NCBI GenBank assembly: GCA_963836075.1
Contig: CAWIIB010000001.1
Location: forward strand, 1,472,001-1,536,000
Length of the DNA stretch: 64,000 nucleotides
Source: an uncultured Acidobacteriota bacterium
Lineage (GTDB): Bacteria > Acidobacteriota > JAQAZP01
Direction: 5' to 3'
Numbering within the stretch: position 1 is the first letter of the stretch; every line of letters begins with the position of its first letter. Of the stretch, positions 20,727 through 30,925 are shown piece after piece. The notes under the pieces are model-generated. The model had not been told where the DNA came from. It did no database searches and saw only the letters and a program-made list of their open reading frames with translations. Position numbers and translations under genes: made by a program.

Positions 20727-21821
20727 ATGACCGACCAGCAGACTGCGATCGAACGGCACTCCTGCCCCGCCTGTGGGGCGCGAGCGGAGTGGAACCCCGC
20801 ACGGCAGGCGCTCGTCTGCGCGTATTGCGGCACCGAATCGCCGGCAGAGCTGGATCGGACAACGGGCGGGATTCGCGAGATCGACCTCGTCCAGACGCTC
20901 CGGGAATTGCCCGAAGAATTGCGGGGCTGGTCCACCGACACTCGAAGCGTCAAGTGCCGCAGTTGTCACGCGGTCTCGGTATTCGAACCGGGCCGGGTGG
21001 GCCAGAACTGCGAATTCTGCGGCTCACCCGAACTGGTCGACTACGACGAGATCAAATCACCGATCCGCCCACAGAGTCTTTTGCCGTTCCGCATCGACGA
21101 AGTGCGGGTGCGCGAACGCGTCCGCAAGTGGTTCGCCGGCAAGTGGCTCGCCCCCTCGAAGTTCAGCAGGAAGGCCTTCGTCGACACCATCCGCGGGCTC
21201 TACATTCCCTACTGGACCTTCGACTCACAGGTGCACTGTTCGTGGACGGCGGATTCAGGAACCTATTATTACACCACCGAGCGCTACACCGGGAAAGATG
21301 GGAAGCAGAGGACACGGCAGGTCAGACACGTGAGGTGGCGTCCGGCCGCGGGAGAGCTCGAACACTTCTTCGACGACGAACCGGTCCCGGGCACGCAAGG
21401 CCTGCCCCCGGACGTGTTGCGGCGGATCGGCCCCTTTCCCACGACGGATCTCGTTCCCTACGACACCGCATTTCTTTCCGGATTCGTGGTCGAGCACTAC
21501 AAGGTCGTGTTGATCGACGCCGCTCGGAAAGCGCGGGAATCCTTCGCGGAAAAACTGCGTGGCATGTGCGGCGCGCGTGTTCCGGGAGACACATACCGGA
21601 ATCTCGTCATTCATCCGGAGTACTCCGGAGAGACATTCAAGCACATCCTCGTACCGGTCTGGATTCTGAACTACGGGTTCCGCCGCAAGACTTACCAGCT
21701 GTTGATCAACGGCTACACCGGAACGGTCGACGGCAAGTATCCCAGGAGCGGTTGGAAGCTCTTTTCCCTCGCGTTGCTTGCAGTGATCATCGTTGCCGTC
21801 ATCGTCTGGATCGCGGCTTGA
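20727..21821 (+). CDS. Double zinc-ribbon membrane-anchored protein (YdjG-like)
   Basis: CPACGA..CAYCG and CRSC..CEFCG; YIPYWTFD; ILVPVW; NGYTG.V.G..P; C-terminal TM helix. Confidence 0.88.
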   Translation: MTDQQTAIERHSCPACGARAEWNPARQALVCAYCGTESPAELDRTTGGIREIDLVQTLRELPEELRGWSTDTRSVKCRSCHAVSVFEPGRVGQNCEFCGSPELVDYDEIKSPIRPQSLLPFRIDEVRVRERVRKWFAGKWLAPSKFSRKAFVDTIRGLYIPYWTFDSQVHCSWTADSGTYYYTTERYTGKDGKQRTRQVRHVRWRPAAGELEHFFDDEPVPGTQGLPPDVLRRIGPFPTTDLVPYDTAFLSGFVVEHYKVVLIDAARKARESFAEKLRGMCGARVPGDTYRNLVIHPEYSGETFKHILVPVWILNYGFRRKTYQLLINGYTGTVDGKYPRSGWKLFSLALLAVIIVAVIVWIAA

Positions 21822-21998
21822 CCGGGTCGAAGAAACACCTGGTCTCCGGCGGATTTTCGCTGCGGGGAGCCGAGTCAATGCCGGAGAGCGTACATCGGGA
21901 ACGCTCTCCTTTTCGCGTGCGGCTGCCATATCTCCGATACCGGAGGACACCGAAAAGTTACATGCAAAGTCGGGGTTTTGGAAGGATCGGCCAGGGAA

Positions 21999-23492
21999 TT
22001 ACCGCACCACACGCAGAACCGGCAATGCGCCGTCGTTTGTGACCAGCGCCCTGAAGCGCGGGTACTGGTAAAGCCCGTACATCGCGGCCGGCTCCAGAAC
22101 GAGCGCGGCGCGTACCGCGGCCTCACCCTCGAGCGGGACCCACAGCGACCCCCTTGCCAGCTCGCGCTCGATCGGCTGCCCCCGCTTCACGATCTGCCGC
22201 CCGGCGTAGCGGGAGTACAGGTCGTCGAATTCGTCTTCCAGGCGCAGCAGCGTACACCTTTCCACCCAGGCGGTGCGGGACGCGGTCAATATCTCGTACG
22301 GGATGCCGTGCCGCTCGAGCAGCGTCGTGAAATCCTGCGCAGCCCGGGGCTCGACCGCGTAGCCCAGCGGCGTCGGCACGCTCTTCTTGACGGCCAGGTC
22401 CGTCATCATGTTGGCGGTGGGAACCAGGAGCGTATGCCCCGTCGTGGACTCGATCACCGGGAACTCCACGACCTTCGCGCCGATGTTGACCCAGAGGTAG
22501 TTGGTGGGAATGAAGGCGGGCAGGGATCTGCGCCGGGCGCGCTCAATGGCTGCCAGGTCCTCCTGGCGGTGCCCGTCGCCGTTGACCAGGCGCCGGAGAA
22601 GGACCAGGTAGGCGTCAACGCGGTTGCCGAGGTCCGCGGACGGATCCTCGTGCGCGCGCCTGACCCCGGCCTCGATGATGAACGACAGGCCTCCGTACAT
22701 GCCGAGCGCGTTGAGCCCTCCGTCAATGTCCGGGGCGGAAAAGCGCTGTTCGTCGTCGGGGGGCAGCCCGCCGACTGAATAGCGCAGGTATGAATGACCC
22801 GCCTGGGCCTCGGCTGCGCCCGACTCCTCTACCCACCGCAGGGCCGCAGACACCACCGCTGGGTCGTAGAGCGGGTTGTTCAGCCCGTCCATCGTGATGT
22901 CGGGCCAGGCGATCCAGCCTCGCTGGCGGCGCTCCTCGGAGTCGCGGGTGAATTCGTGGCAATCCACCGCCACGTGCGGTCTCAGGCGCCGGGCCACCCG
23001 GTGGAGCGCCTGGGTCTCGGGCTGCTCGAGGACGATGTGGTCGCGGTTCAGGTCGGCGCCGGCCGCGTTCGTGCGCCTGCCTGCCTCGGCGCCGTCCGGG
23101 TTGACCAGCGGCATGAGCCAGAGGTCCACATCGCGAGGAAGCAACTGCGGCTTATTCACGATCTCCCGCACCAGGTACAGGAGCGCATCCTTCCCGGAGA
23201 CCTCGTCGCCGTGTTGCTGCGCGTAGAACAGGATCCTCCAGTTGGCCGTCACGGAGTGGCTCGCGTGCACCAGGTAGAGGGCCCGGCCCTCGACACTTGC
23301 ACCTTCCACGGACACACTGACCGGACCCTGCCCGTCCACGCTCTGGAGAAAGGCCTCCATGTCCGCGAACGAGATCGTCTTCGCGAGCTGGCGGTGGTCT
23401 TCGGGAAAGGCAGCAGCGGGAGTCGGCGCCCACCGCGCGGTCGGGAGAACCATGAGAAACGCGAGACAGAGATGCTTCAAGAGGGCTGTCAT
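21999..23492 (-). CDS. Secreted M14-family zinc carboxypeptidase
   Basis: Signal peptide; AQQHGDEVSG, PLVNPDG, RTNAAGADLNRD, VDCHE. Confidence 0.9.
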   Translation of the reverse strand: MTALLKHLCLAFLMVLPTARWAPTPAAAFPEDHRQLAKTISFADMEAFLQSVDGQGPVSVSVEGASVEGRALYLVHASHSVTANWRILFYAQQHGDEVSGKDALLYLVREIVNKPQLLPRDVDLWLMPLVNPDGAEAGRRTNAAGADLNRDHIVLEQPETQALHRVARRLRPHVAVDCHEFTRDSEERRQRGWIAWPDITMDGLNNPLYDPAVVSAALRWVEESGAAEAQAGHSYLRYSVGGLPPDDEQRFSAPDIDGGLNALGMYGGLSFIIEAGVRRAHEDPSADLGNRVDAYLVLLRRLVNGDGHRQEDLAAIERARRRSLPAFIPTNYLWVNIGAKVVEFPVIESTTGHTLLVPTANMMTDLAVKKSVPTPLGYAVEPRAAQDFTTLLERHGIPYEILTASRTAWVERCTLLRLEDEFDDLYSRYAGRQIVKRGQPIERELARGSLWVPLEGEAAVRAALVLEPAAMYGLYQYPRFRALVTNDGALPVLRVVR

Positions 23493-23518
23493 GTCGACAC
23501 TCCAGTGGTTCTCGAGTT

Positions 23519-25183
23519 TCACTGCATCCAGGACTGCGGTCCGTAGATGGCCACCAGCAGAAACAACGCCGCGATAACGTGCAGGAGCAATACGAGCTTC
23601 CACACCCAGCGTATCCATACGGGCCATGGCACCCGGGCCGCGCCCAGCACGCCCATCAGGACGGCCGATGTGGGAATCAGCATGTTGCCGAACCCATCCC
23701 CGAACTGGAACGCGAGCACGCCCACCTGCCGATCCAGGCCGAGGATGTCGCAGAGGGGTGTCATGACCGGCATTGTCAACGCCGCCTGGCCCGAGCCCGA
23801 GGGCACGAAGAAGTTCACGATGGCCTGGCCGCACATGATCAGCGTGGCAGCCAGAGGTTTGACCAACCCTTCGAGCGGCGCGGCGATCGCCATCAGCACC
23901 GTGTCGAGCACCTGGCCCTGCCGAAGCACCTCCAGCACGCCGGCCGAAAGGGCGATGATCAGAGCCGGCTCGATCATCGACGCCGCACCGTCTTTGAACT
24001 CGGTCGCAATGCGGCCGACCCGGAACCCGCCCAACCAGCCGCCCAGAAGACCCGCCACGATGAAAAGGGCGGCCATCTCGTCGATGTACCAGTCCCAGAC
24101 GGCAACGCCGACCCCCGAGAACACCAGTGTTCCGACGGCGACCAGGACCACCAGCCACTCTCGCACACGAAGCGGGCTCGAGTCCGTGTCTGCGCGATAC
24201 CCGAGACGCCGGCGCCAATGTTCATCAAGCGCGTATGTCGGCGATCGGCGGGGGTCGCGCTGCACGCGCGCCGCCCACCACATCACGAACAGGGCGGCCG
24301 TCGCCGTGACGACGGCCCAAACCACGAGGCGAAAGCCGAGGCCGCTGGGATACGGCAGTTCCGCGATGCTCTGGGCGATCCCGATGGTGAACGGGTTGTA
24401 AAACGCACCAGCGAACCCGACCTGCGAGGCCAGATAGCAGATGCAGATGCCGGTGGTCGTGTCGTAACCCAGGCGGATCGCCAGAGGTATGGTCACCAGC
24501 ACGAACGCGATCGTGCTCTCGCCCATGCCGAAGATCGCGCCCCCCGCGCTGAAGAGCAGCATCGACGCCGGAATGACGAGCAGCCGTATCCGACCTTCAC
24601 CGAGCCGGGTCACGCCACGCACCAGCGCGCGGTCAATCGCTCCGGTTGCCAGCAGCACGCCGAACGCCGCGCCGATCAACAGGACGAAGGCGATGACCTG
24701 AGCCCGCACCTTGAACCCGGTGATTGGCGCCAGCGCTACCTCGCGGGCCGCGATCCTGACCTTCTCGAGGAAACTGCGCGGATCTTCCTCGGCCAGGCGG
24801 CGGTAAGTGTTCGGCGTGATCGTCTCGCGGGTCAAGCCCGGCTTCGGCACGAGAATGCGGTCGCCCGGGGTCAGTGCCGTCAACGGCGCACGTGAATCGC
24901 GTTCGACCAGGGACTCGAGCGCGGTCTCCGCGGGCGCACCGGCCTCCTCGAGGATCGCGGCCAGATCATCGTCCGCACTGACCGTGTGCGGGACGAGGAC
25001 CTGAAACGTCTTCGTGGTGCGGTCATAGGCGCCTCGCGGCAGCACGAGTGTCGCCATTGCCGCCAGCACCAGGATTACCGCGAGGATCACGAGGGTGCCT
25101 GGTATCCGACTACCCGTCGCCTCGAGATTGGCCTGGTAAATATCCGGGGGCCCGCTCTGGTTCGCCTGGTGAAGGTCCGCCAT
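23519..25183 (-). CDS. yfcC: YfcC/DcuC-type amino-acid or dipeptide transporter with a LysM-like loop insertion
   Basis: NPFTIGIAQSIAELP, NFFVPSGSGQAALTMP, AFQFGDGF.N.L.PTS motifs; many TM helices. Confidence 0.9.
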   Translation of the reverse strand: MADLHQANQSGPPDIYQANLEATGSRIPGTLVILAVILVLAAMATLVLPRGAYDRTTKTFQVLVPHTVSADDDLAAILEEAGAPAETALESLVERDSRAPLTALTPGDRILVPKPGLTRETITPNTYRRLAEEDPRSFLEKVRIAAREVALAPITGFKVRAQVIAFVLLIGAAFGVLLATGAIDRALVRGVTRLGEGRIRLLVIPASMLLFSAGGAIFGMGESTIAFVLVTIPLAIRLGYDTTTGICICYLASQVGFAGAFYNPFTIGIAQSIAELPYPSGLGFRLVVWAVVTATAALFVMWWAARVQRDPRRSPTYALDEHWRRRLGYRADTDSSPLRVREWLVVLVAVGTLVFSGVGVAVWDWYIDEMAALFIVAGLLGGWLGGFRVGRIATEFKDGAASMIEPALIIALSAGVLEVLRQGQVLDTVLMAIAAPLEGLVKPLAATLIMCGQAIVNFFVPSGSGQAALTMPVMTPLCDILGLDRQVGVLAFQFGDGFGNMLIPTSAVLMGVLGAARVPWPVWIRWVWKLVLLLHVIAALFLLVAIYGPQSWMQ

Positions 25184-25184
25184 T

Positions 25185-26411
25185 TCAGGGACCACTCGCG
25201 CTTGCGGCCTTGGCGGCGTCCACTTCGACGTCGAGAAGCACATCCAGCGCCGAGAAACCGTTCAACTCGGTGTCGAACGCCACGAACCGCGTGCGATGGT
25301 CCGCCCGCACAATGAGGGCGATGCCGTCCTTCTCGGCCCGCCGGGGCGTAGCCGGATCCGCGGCAAGCCGCTCGATCAGCCGGGTCACGGTTTCGCTGGC
25401 GAATGGTTCGACCGGGAGCCCGGCACTCGGCTCGGGAGGAGGGGCAGGGGTGACGGCCGACTTCCCGGCGGCCGGCGACATGGTACGCCGGCCGAAGTCA
25501 ATCCCGTCGCCACGGGACATGAGCGAGATCCGTAATCCATGGCGGTCGGTCCCTTTGCGACGCACCTCCCGGGCATCGATCTGCAATACCGCGCGCTCAC
25601 CAATGGCATATCCCGTCCCGGTCGCACGATCCACGTAAAGCGCGCAGTCTTCGGCGATCCCCCAGCCCATCTCCTGTCCCGCGATTTCCATGGCGACGAT
25701 CATGCGCCCGATTCGTCCGCGGCGCAGGAAGTGCTGGCCGACAAGGCCATAGGTGAAGAAGCCCATCCCCTGCCCCATCTCAAAACCACCTTCCGTGAGG
25801 CCTTCGAGCAGGGCCGACCGGCTCGACCCCCCGGCGATCATGGGATCACACATCATCGCGGCACCGGCGCTGGACCCGGCAATGCGGCCGTCGCGGGAGA
25901 GCAGTCTGCTCGCCGCGCGGTATCCCGCCGAATCGACCCCGCCGGGTCGGAACACGCGCGTGATCCTCGACTGGTCGCCGCCGGTGAACCACAGGGCATC
26001 CGCATCCTCGATCTGCCGCACATACTCGGGATCTTCGGCACGCTCCGGCGTCGTCGCAAGAATTTCGAGGACCCGGATCGACTGGCCGGGCTGCGCATAA
26101 TTGGCCAGGTCCTCCACGGCAGCCGGCCCGCTCACCTCCGGCTCGCCGCTTGCGGTGGGAAGCACGAGGACGCGCTTGCCGGCACCCCTGGTGAAGTCGG
26201 TGATGATGTCGATGTTTTCAGACCTGAGGCCGCCACCGACCATCAGAAGGTCCCCTCGATTTTTAGCCGCCGGCCCGAAACAGGACGTTGCACACAGCGC
26301 CAGCACGACCACGATGATGCTCTGCCACGGGATCGATCGGTACGAGGGGATGGCAAGGCGGGAATGGCCCGAAGCCGTCCGGACCGAATAAGGCGTTTTT
26401 TTGCCGAGCAT
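25185..26411 (-). CDS. cphB: Exported cyanophycinase (peptidase S51), probable lipoprotein
   Basis: MVGGG, VLPTAS, WFTGGDQSRI, nucleophile motif GSSAGAAMM, QHFLRRGRIGRM; hydrophobic stretch ending LALCATSC. Confidence 0.88.
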   Translation of the reverse strand: MLGKKTPYSVRTASGHSRLAIPSYRSIPWQSIIVVVLALCATSCFGPAAKNRGDLLMVGGGLRSENIDIITDFTRGAGKRVLVLPTASGEPEVSGPAAVEDLANYAQPGQSIRVLEILATTPERAEDPEYVRQIEDADALWFTGGDQSRITRVFRPGGVDSAGYRAASRLLSRDGRIAGSSAGAAMMCDPMIAGGSSRSALLEGLTEGGFEMGQGMGFFTYGLVGQHFLRRGRIGRMIVAMEIAGQEMGWGIAEDCALYVDRATGTGYAIGERAVLQIDAREVRRKGTDRHGLRISLMSRGDGIDFGRRTMSPAAGKSAVTPAPPPEPSAGLPVEPFASETVTRLIERLAADPATPRRAEKDGIALIVRADHRTRFVAFDTELNGFSALDVLLDVEVDAAKAASASGP

Positions 26412-26502
26412 GGGCGTGACCTCATTCTGTATACATCGATGCCGGAGTGAGCGACCTGTCCCCTCTTGCTCTTTGAGGCATGGCCGAAGCCGCCGGGTCC
26501 GC

Positions 26503-29193
26503 TCAGAACGAGTACTTGACACCGAACACGATGCTGCCCACGTCCTGCCAGTCGGTGGCGATGCCGAAGGTGGTCGTGTCCCGCTCCCGGCGCTCGGTGA
26601 CGAACTGGTTGTTGGTCACGTTGAAAAAATCCACCAGCAGGCTCAGTTCGGTGTCCTTGATGTTGAAGTCCTTGGACACCCGCAGGTCGAGCCACCAGAC
26701 GCTGCCCAGACGGTAGGATCCCCGGGGTTCGACGAAGTACTGGTAGTTGTACCCGTTGAAGGGGTAATCGTCGATCGGGGCGTAATCCTCGACCAGCCCC
26801 CGCCGGGTGTACGGCCTGCCGCTGCGCCAGAAGAATGACGCGCCGGCCACGATGCCCCAGGGCAGGTGGTAGGAGCCGTTCAGCTTGACGTAGTGCCGGT
26901 CGTCCCAGGGGAGGTAGCCGTAACGGTTGTGGATCGTCTCGGGGATGTCGCCGTAATAGCTGTACCCCTCGGCCTGGCCCGCGCCGGCCACCGTGCCCTT
27001 GGCCTCGGAAAGCGTGTAGACCAGGAGGAACTGGTAGTTGCTGGACAACCGCTTCTTCAGCTGAAGTTCCAGGCCCTTGTAATCCCTATTGGCGTCCTTC
27101 TGGTTGGTGAAGTAGTACCAGTAGTCGCTGGTTTCACCGGCCAGGATCTCGTCGTAGTTGCCCACCCGGTCCTCGATCAGGTTGTCCTGCCAGTTGTAGA
27201 TCAGTTTGGCCCCGGCGGAGAAGTCGGTGAGGAACTCGAACTCGTAGCCGGCAACGATCTCATCCTTGTAGTTCGGGGTCAGGTCGGGGTCGATCTGCGT
27301 GCTGCTGACGTCGCCGCCGCTGGAGGAGAGCAGGTCCCAGTTGTCGGGATTGAAGGGGTCGTTGGGATCGTATGTCCCCTCGTAGCGGTAGGTGGTGGAC
27401 GATGATCGGTTGAGATACGATGCCAGCCAGATGCCCACGGCGTCGAAGTAGCGGGCGTAGTTGAAGTAGGCCTTGGAGCGGCCGTCACCCCGGATGTCCC
27501 AGCTCACGCCGGCCCGCGGCGCCAGCAGGTTGTCGAAGGTGTAGGCGTTGCTCTGCCCGCCCGACTCGTTCATGTAGGTCTGGGTCTGACGCTCCCAGCG
27601 CAGGCCGAGGTTGAAGGTCAAGTTGTCGCGCCAGGTCCAGGCGTCCTGGGCGAAGAAGGTGAGGATGTCGCCGCCGTTCTGGGCCAGCAGCGGCGTGGAG
27701 TACGTCCAGCGGTCGGGGAGCGAGTTGCCCTGGCCGTCCACCCGGTGGATGGTGATGGTGTTGCAGAAGAGGCCGTCCTCGTGCATGGTGAGGTCCTGGT
27801 ATTCCGCACCGAACTTGAAATTGTGCTCGCCGGCCCAGTCGCTGCGGTAGTAGTTGAGGATCGCCTGGTACATGTCCCGTGGCCGGAGGTCGTCCCACTG
27901 GGTGCCGGAGTTGCCGGAGTAGATCCGGGTCCCGCCGTAGTTGTCGTCGATGATCTCGATGTCGCCGTCCAGTCCCGGCGTAGCATTGGCCGGCCCGGTT
28001 CTGATCATCACCTCGTGGTGCGCCGCCTTGACCTCGAGAAAGAGGTTGGGGGTAAAGATGCTGGTCCACTGCAACTTGGCCAGGTAGCCGCCCTGGTCCT
28101 TGATGCCCAGGGCGCTGGACAGGATGATCGGGTCGGTGGAGAGGGCGTCGCGGCTGTCGATGGTGGCCGGGTCGCTGGCGTATTGGGCGATGACCTTGTT
28201 GTCCGCGTTGACCTGCCAGGTCAGCTTGGCCATGTACTCCTCGAAAACCTCGCTCAGCTTGATGCTCTCGCCGTAATCGTTGATCCCGGTGATCCGCCGG
28301 GTGGAGTTGCTGTACGAGGCGAAAAACCAGAGCTTGTCCCGGATGATCGGGCCGCCCAGGTGGAAGGCGCCCTCGATATTGTAGTAGTCCTCCTGTTCAA
28401 CCGGGTTGGTTTCGGAATTCTCGTGCCGCCGGAGGTCGAGGTTGGTGTAGTAGACGGGCACGGCGCCGTGGAATTCGTTGCCCCCCGACTTGGTCACCAC
28501 GTTGACGATGGACCCGGTGGCCCGGCCGTACTCGGCCTCGAAAGCCCCGGTCTTCATCTCCACTTCCTGGATCGCCTCGTAGCTGAAATTGATACCGAAT
28601 GTGCCGGAGCCGTTGTCGGTGGTGTCCACGCCGTCGATGAGATAGACGTTGTCGCGGTTGCTGGCCCCATGGGCGTAGACGTTCGCCGTACCGGCCACAC
28701 CGGCGGCCATGGTCATGGCATCGAAATAGGAACGGCCGGTGGGGATGTCCTCCATGAACTCGTAGGTGATGGTCTCGCTGATCGAACTCTTCTTGGCGTC
28801 AATCAGCGGGGCCGTGCCGATCACCGTAATCTCGCCCAGGTCGCCCGTGGATTCGGCCATGGTGAAGTCCACCCGCTCGGTCTCGCCGATGTTGACCATG
28901 ATATCGGTCTGGATCACGCGCTGAAAGCCGTCCAGAACGGCCGCGACCTGGTAGTCATGGCCCACGGGGACCAGCGGCATGCGCCAGCGGCCGTCCTCAT
29001 CGGTGACCGCCATGCGCTCCCCCTGCATGGCCGGACCGCTGACCGTGACGGTCACGCCGGGCATCGGGTCGCCGTTCTGGTCCAGCACGAATCCGATCAT
29101 CTGGCCGTCCTGGGTATCGGCGAAGGACACGAAGACAGCAAAGAAAGCGAGCACCAGGACCCCGCAAAACAGTTGCTTGATGGGTGCGATCAT
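26503..29193 (-). CDS. TonB-dependent receptor with N-terminal carboxypeptidase-regulatory-like domain
   Basis: G.V.D..G.PMPGVTVTV, YLIDGVD, AEYGRATG..VNVVTKSGGNEFHG, GGPIIRDKLWFF, FAQDAW, NLGLRW, C-terminal YSF. Confidence 0.95.
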   Translation of the reverse strand: MIAPIKQLFCGVLVLAFFAVFVSFADTQDGQMIGFVLDQNGDPMPGVTVTVSGPAMQGERMAVTDEDGRWRMPLVPVGHDYQVAAVLDGFQRVIQTDIMVNIGETERVDFTMAESTGDLGEITVIGTAPLIDAKKSSISETITYEFMEDIPTGRSYFDAMTMAAGVAGTANVYAHGASNRDNVYLIDGVDTTDNGSGTFGINFSYEAIQEVEMKTGAFEAEYGRATGSIVNVVTKSGGNEFHGAVPVYYTNLDLRRHENSETNPVEQEDYYNIEGAFHLGGPIIRDKLWFFASYSNSTRRITGINDYGESIKLSEVFEEYMAKLTWQVNADNKVIAQYASDPATIDSRDALSTDPIILSSALGIKDQGGYLAKLQWTSIFTPNLFLEVKAAHHEVMIRTGPANATPGLDGDIEIIDDNYGGTRIYSGNSGTQWDDLRPRDMYQAILNYYRSDWAGEHNFKFGAEYQDLTMHEDGLFCNTITIHRVDGQGNSLPDRWTYSTPLLAQNGGDILTFFAQDAWTWRDNLTFNLGLRWERQTQTYMNESGGQSNAYTFDNLLAPRAGVSWDIRGDGRSKAYFNYARYFDAVGIWLASYLNRSSSTTYRYEGTYDPNDPFNPDNWDLLSSSGGDVSSTQIDPDLTPNYKDEIVAGYEFEFLTDFSAGAKLIYNWQDNLIEDRVGNYDEILAGETSDYWYYFTNQKDANRDYKGLELQLKKRLSSNYQFLLVYTLSEAKGTVAGAGQAEGYSYYGDIPETIHNRYGYLPWDDRHYVKLNGSYHLPWGIVAGASFFWRSGRPYTRRGLVEDYAPIDDYPFNGYNYQYFVEPRGSYRLGSVWWLDLRVSKDFNIKDTELSLLVDFFNVTNNQFVTERRERDTTTFGIATDWQDVGSIVFGVKYSF

Positions 29194-29650
29194 GGCTGAA
29201 AATCCTCCCCCATATGGTCGGTCAGATGAACTTCACGGTGGCACAAGAAATTCTGCGGAAAAAAACATGGATCAGTTCCAGTTATCTTATCGGCAATATA
29301 GTGATGAATCAGTTATAAAGCAAGGCGTTACGCGGACATAGCCCGTGTCTCTGCCTGGGCAAACGCCTCCGGGTCCCGGCCATGGGCCTGCTCGAACAGG
29401 GGAATCCGCTTCTGGTTGCTGTTGCACATGGAGACGCCAATGACGACGAAGAGCAGCGAGGCCTTGAGACCCAATAGATTTTGCACAAACCATCAGATTC
29501 GTCGTTTAACCAAGTACAGCGTGGTCAGCGGCTGACACGTTGGGGCCGACAAGCTACGGAGAGGCTGCAGGTCGGGAGGCTCGGCAGCCGAACCAAAATC
29601 GAAAATGACAAGTTCCAGTTCGCGGGAACCTTTTGCATACGGTGTTTCCC

Positions 29651-30856
29651 ATGAGCGACCAAATCCCAGAATGCCCCACCTGCCACCGGGTGAATTCCTC
29701 AGGCGCCAACTACTGCAGTCAATGCGCCACCCCCATTTCCCGGGCGGACGATCTGACCGCTGACGATATGACGATGGCGGAGGAGGCCGTCAATGAGCTC
29801 ACACCCGGCAGCACCTTCGCCGGGAGATACCTGATCATCGAGGAGTTGGGCTGTGGCGGGATGGGCAGGGTGTACAAGGCCATCGACAGAATCGTTAATG
29901 AGAAGGTGGCGTTGAAACTGGTCAGAGCCGGAGTCTCCAGCCAGGCGACGATTATCCAGCGGTTCGCCAACGAACTGAAGGTCACCCGGCATATCATCCA
30001 CAAGAATGTCGGACGGATGTACGATATCAACCAGGAGGCGGGAACCCACTACATCACCATGGAATTCGTCTCCGGCCAGGATCTCACCGGTTTGCTCCGG
30101 CAGGCGGGGCAACTGACCATCGAATCGACCATTTCCATCGCCAGGCAGGCGTGCCTGGGGCTGGCTGAAGCGCACCGCCTGGGCGTGGTGCACCGTGACT
30201 TGAAACCGAGCAATATCATGATCGACGCGGGGGGGAATGTCCGGATCATCGATTTCGGCATTGCGCGCTCCCCGGAGGCCACCGACATTATGCTGGAGGG
30301 CCGATTGATCGGTACCCCCAACTACATGTCCCCCGAACAGGCACAGGGCGGTGAGGTCGATCATCTCTCTGATATATATTCACTCGGCACGATTCTCTTT
30401 GAGATGTTGACCGGACGGCTTCCTTTCAAGGGTAAAACACCCTCTGACGTGGTCAGAATGCATATCAGCGAGTTGCCGCCCGATCCCAGGGAGATCAACC
30501 CCCTCATCCCCGAGTACCTGGGCAAGGTCGTTCTGAATTGCATGGAGAAGGAGAAAAATAAGCGGTATCAGTCGACGCTCGAGCTTTCCATCGCGCTGGA
30601 GCCGCCAGACGCCCTCGGAAAGCGCGAAAGAAATATGGATCGGGAGTATTTTTACGATGAACAGCGCTCATCCCTGACCGTGACCGATTGCTCTCCCCTG
30701 GGTGTTGGAAAACCGGCCGGATTACCTCATGCAGGACAGCGCAAGGGGCGCTCCTTGAAAAGTGGGGACAGGCAAAATCAACCGCCCGGGCTGATATGCG
30801 ACGGGTGGGCCATCGCACAACCTCACATCGAGTGCCCCGCCCCCGGCCGACGATGA
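29651..30856 (+). CDS. Hanks-type Ser/Thr protein kinase with N-terminal zinc ribbon
   Basis: CPTC..NYCSQC; GCGGMGRVY, VALK, HRDLKPSN, DFG, GTPNYMSPE, DIYSLG. No recognisable domain after ~30600. Confidence 0.92.
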   Translation: MSDQIPECPTCHRVNSSGANYCSQCATPISRADDLTADDMTMAEEAVNELTPGSTFAGRYLIIEELGCGGMGRVYKAIDRIVNEKVALKLVRAGVSSQATIIQRFANELKVTRHIIHKNVGRMYDINQEAGTHYITMEFVSGQDLTGLLRQAGQLTIESTISIARQACLGLAEAHRLGVVHRDLKPSNIMIDAGGNVRIIDFGIARSPEATDIMLEGRLIGTPNYMSPEQAQGGEVDHLSDIYSLGTILFEMLTGRLPFKGKTPSDVVRMHISELPPDPREINPLIPEYLGKVVLNCMEKEKNKRYQSTLELSIALEPPDALGKRERNMDREYFYDEQRSSLTVTDCSPLGVGKPAGLPHAGQRKGRSLKSGDRQNQPPGLICDGWAIAQPHIECPAPGRR

Positions 30857-30925
30857 GAGTCGTTCGTAACCAGTTGCGCTGGGGGGCCGTGAACAGTCGC
30901 TGGCGGGATACACGATTTCCTGGTC

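Noticed and set aside
23493-24218. N-terminal extension of the 739-aa M14 ORF
   Set aside because: Overlaps yfcC in another frame; the signal peptide begins at 23492.
30760-30775. ggggacag motif (also ~7220) as a REP/RAYT end
   Set aside because: Only 8-10 nt shared, no palindrome and no transposase.
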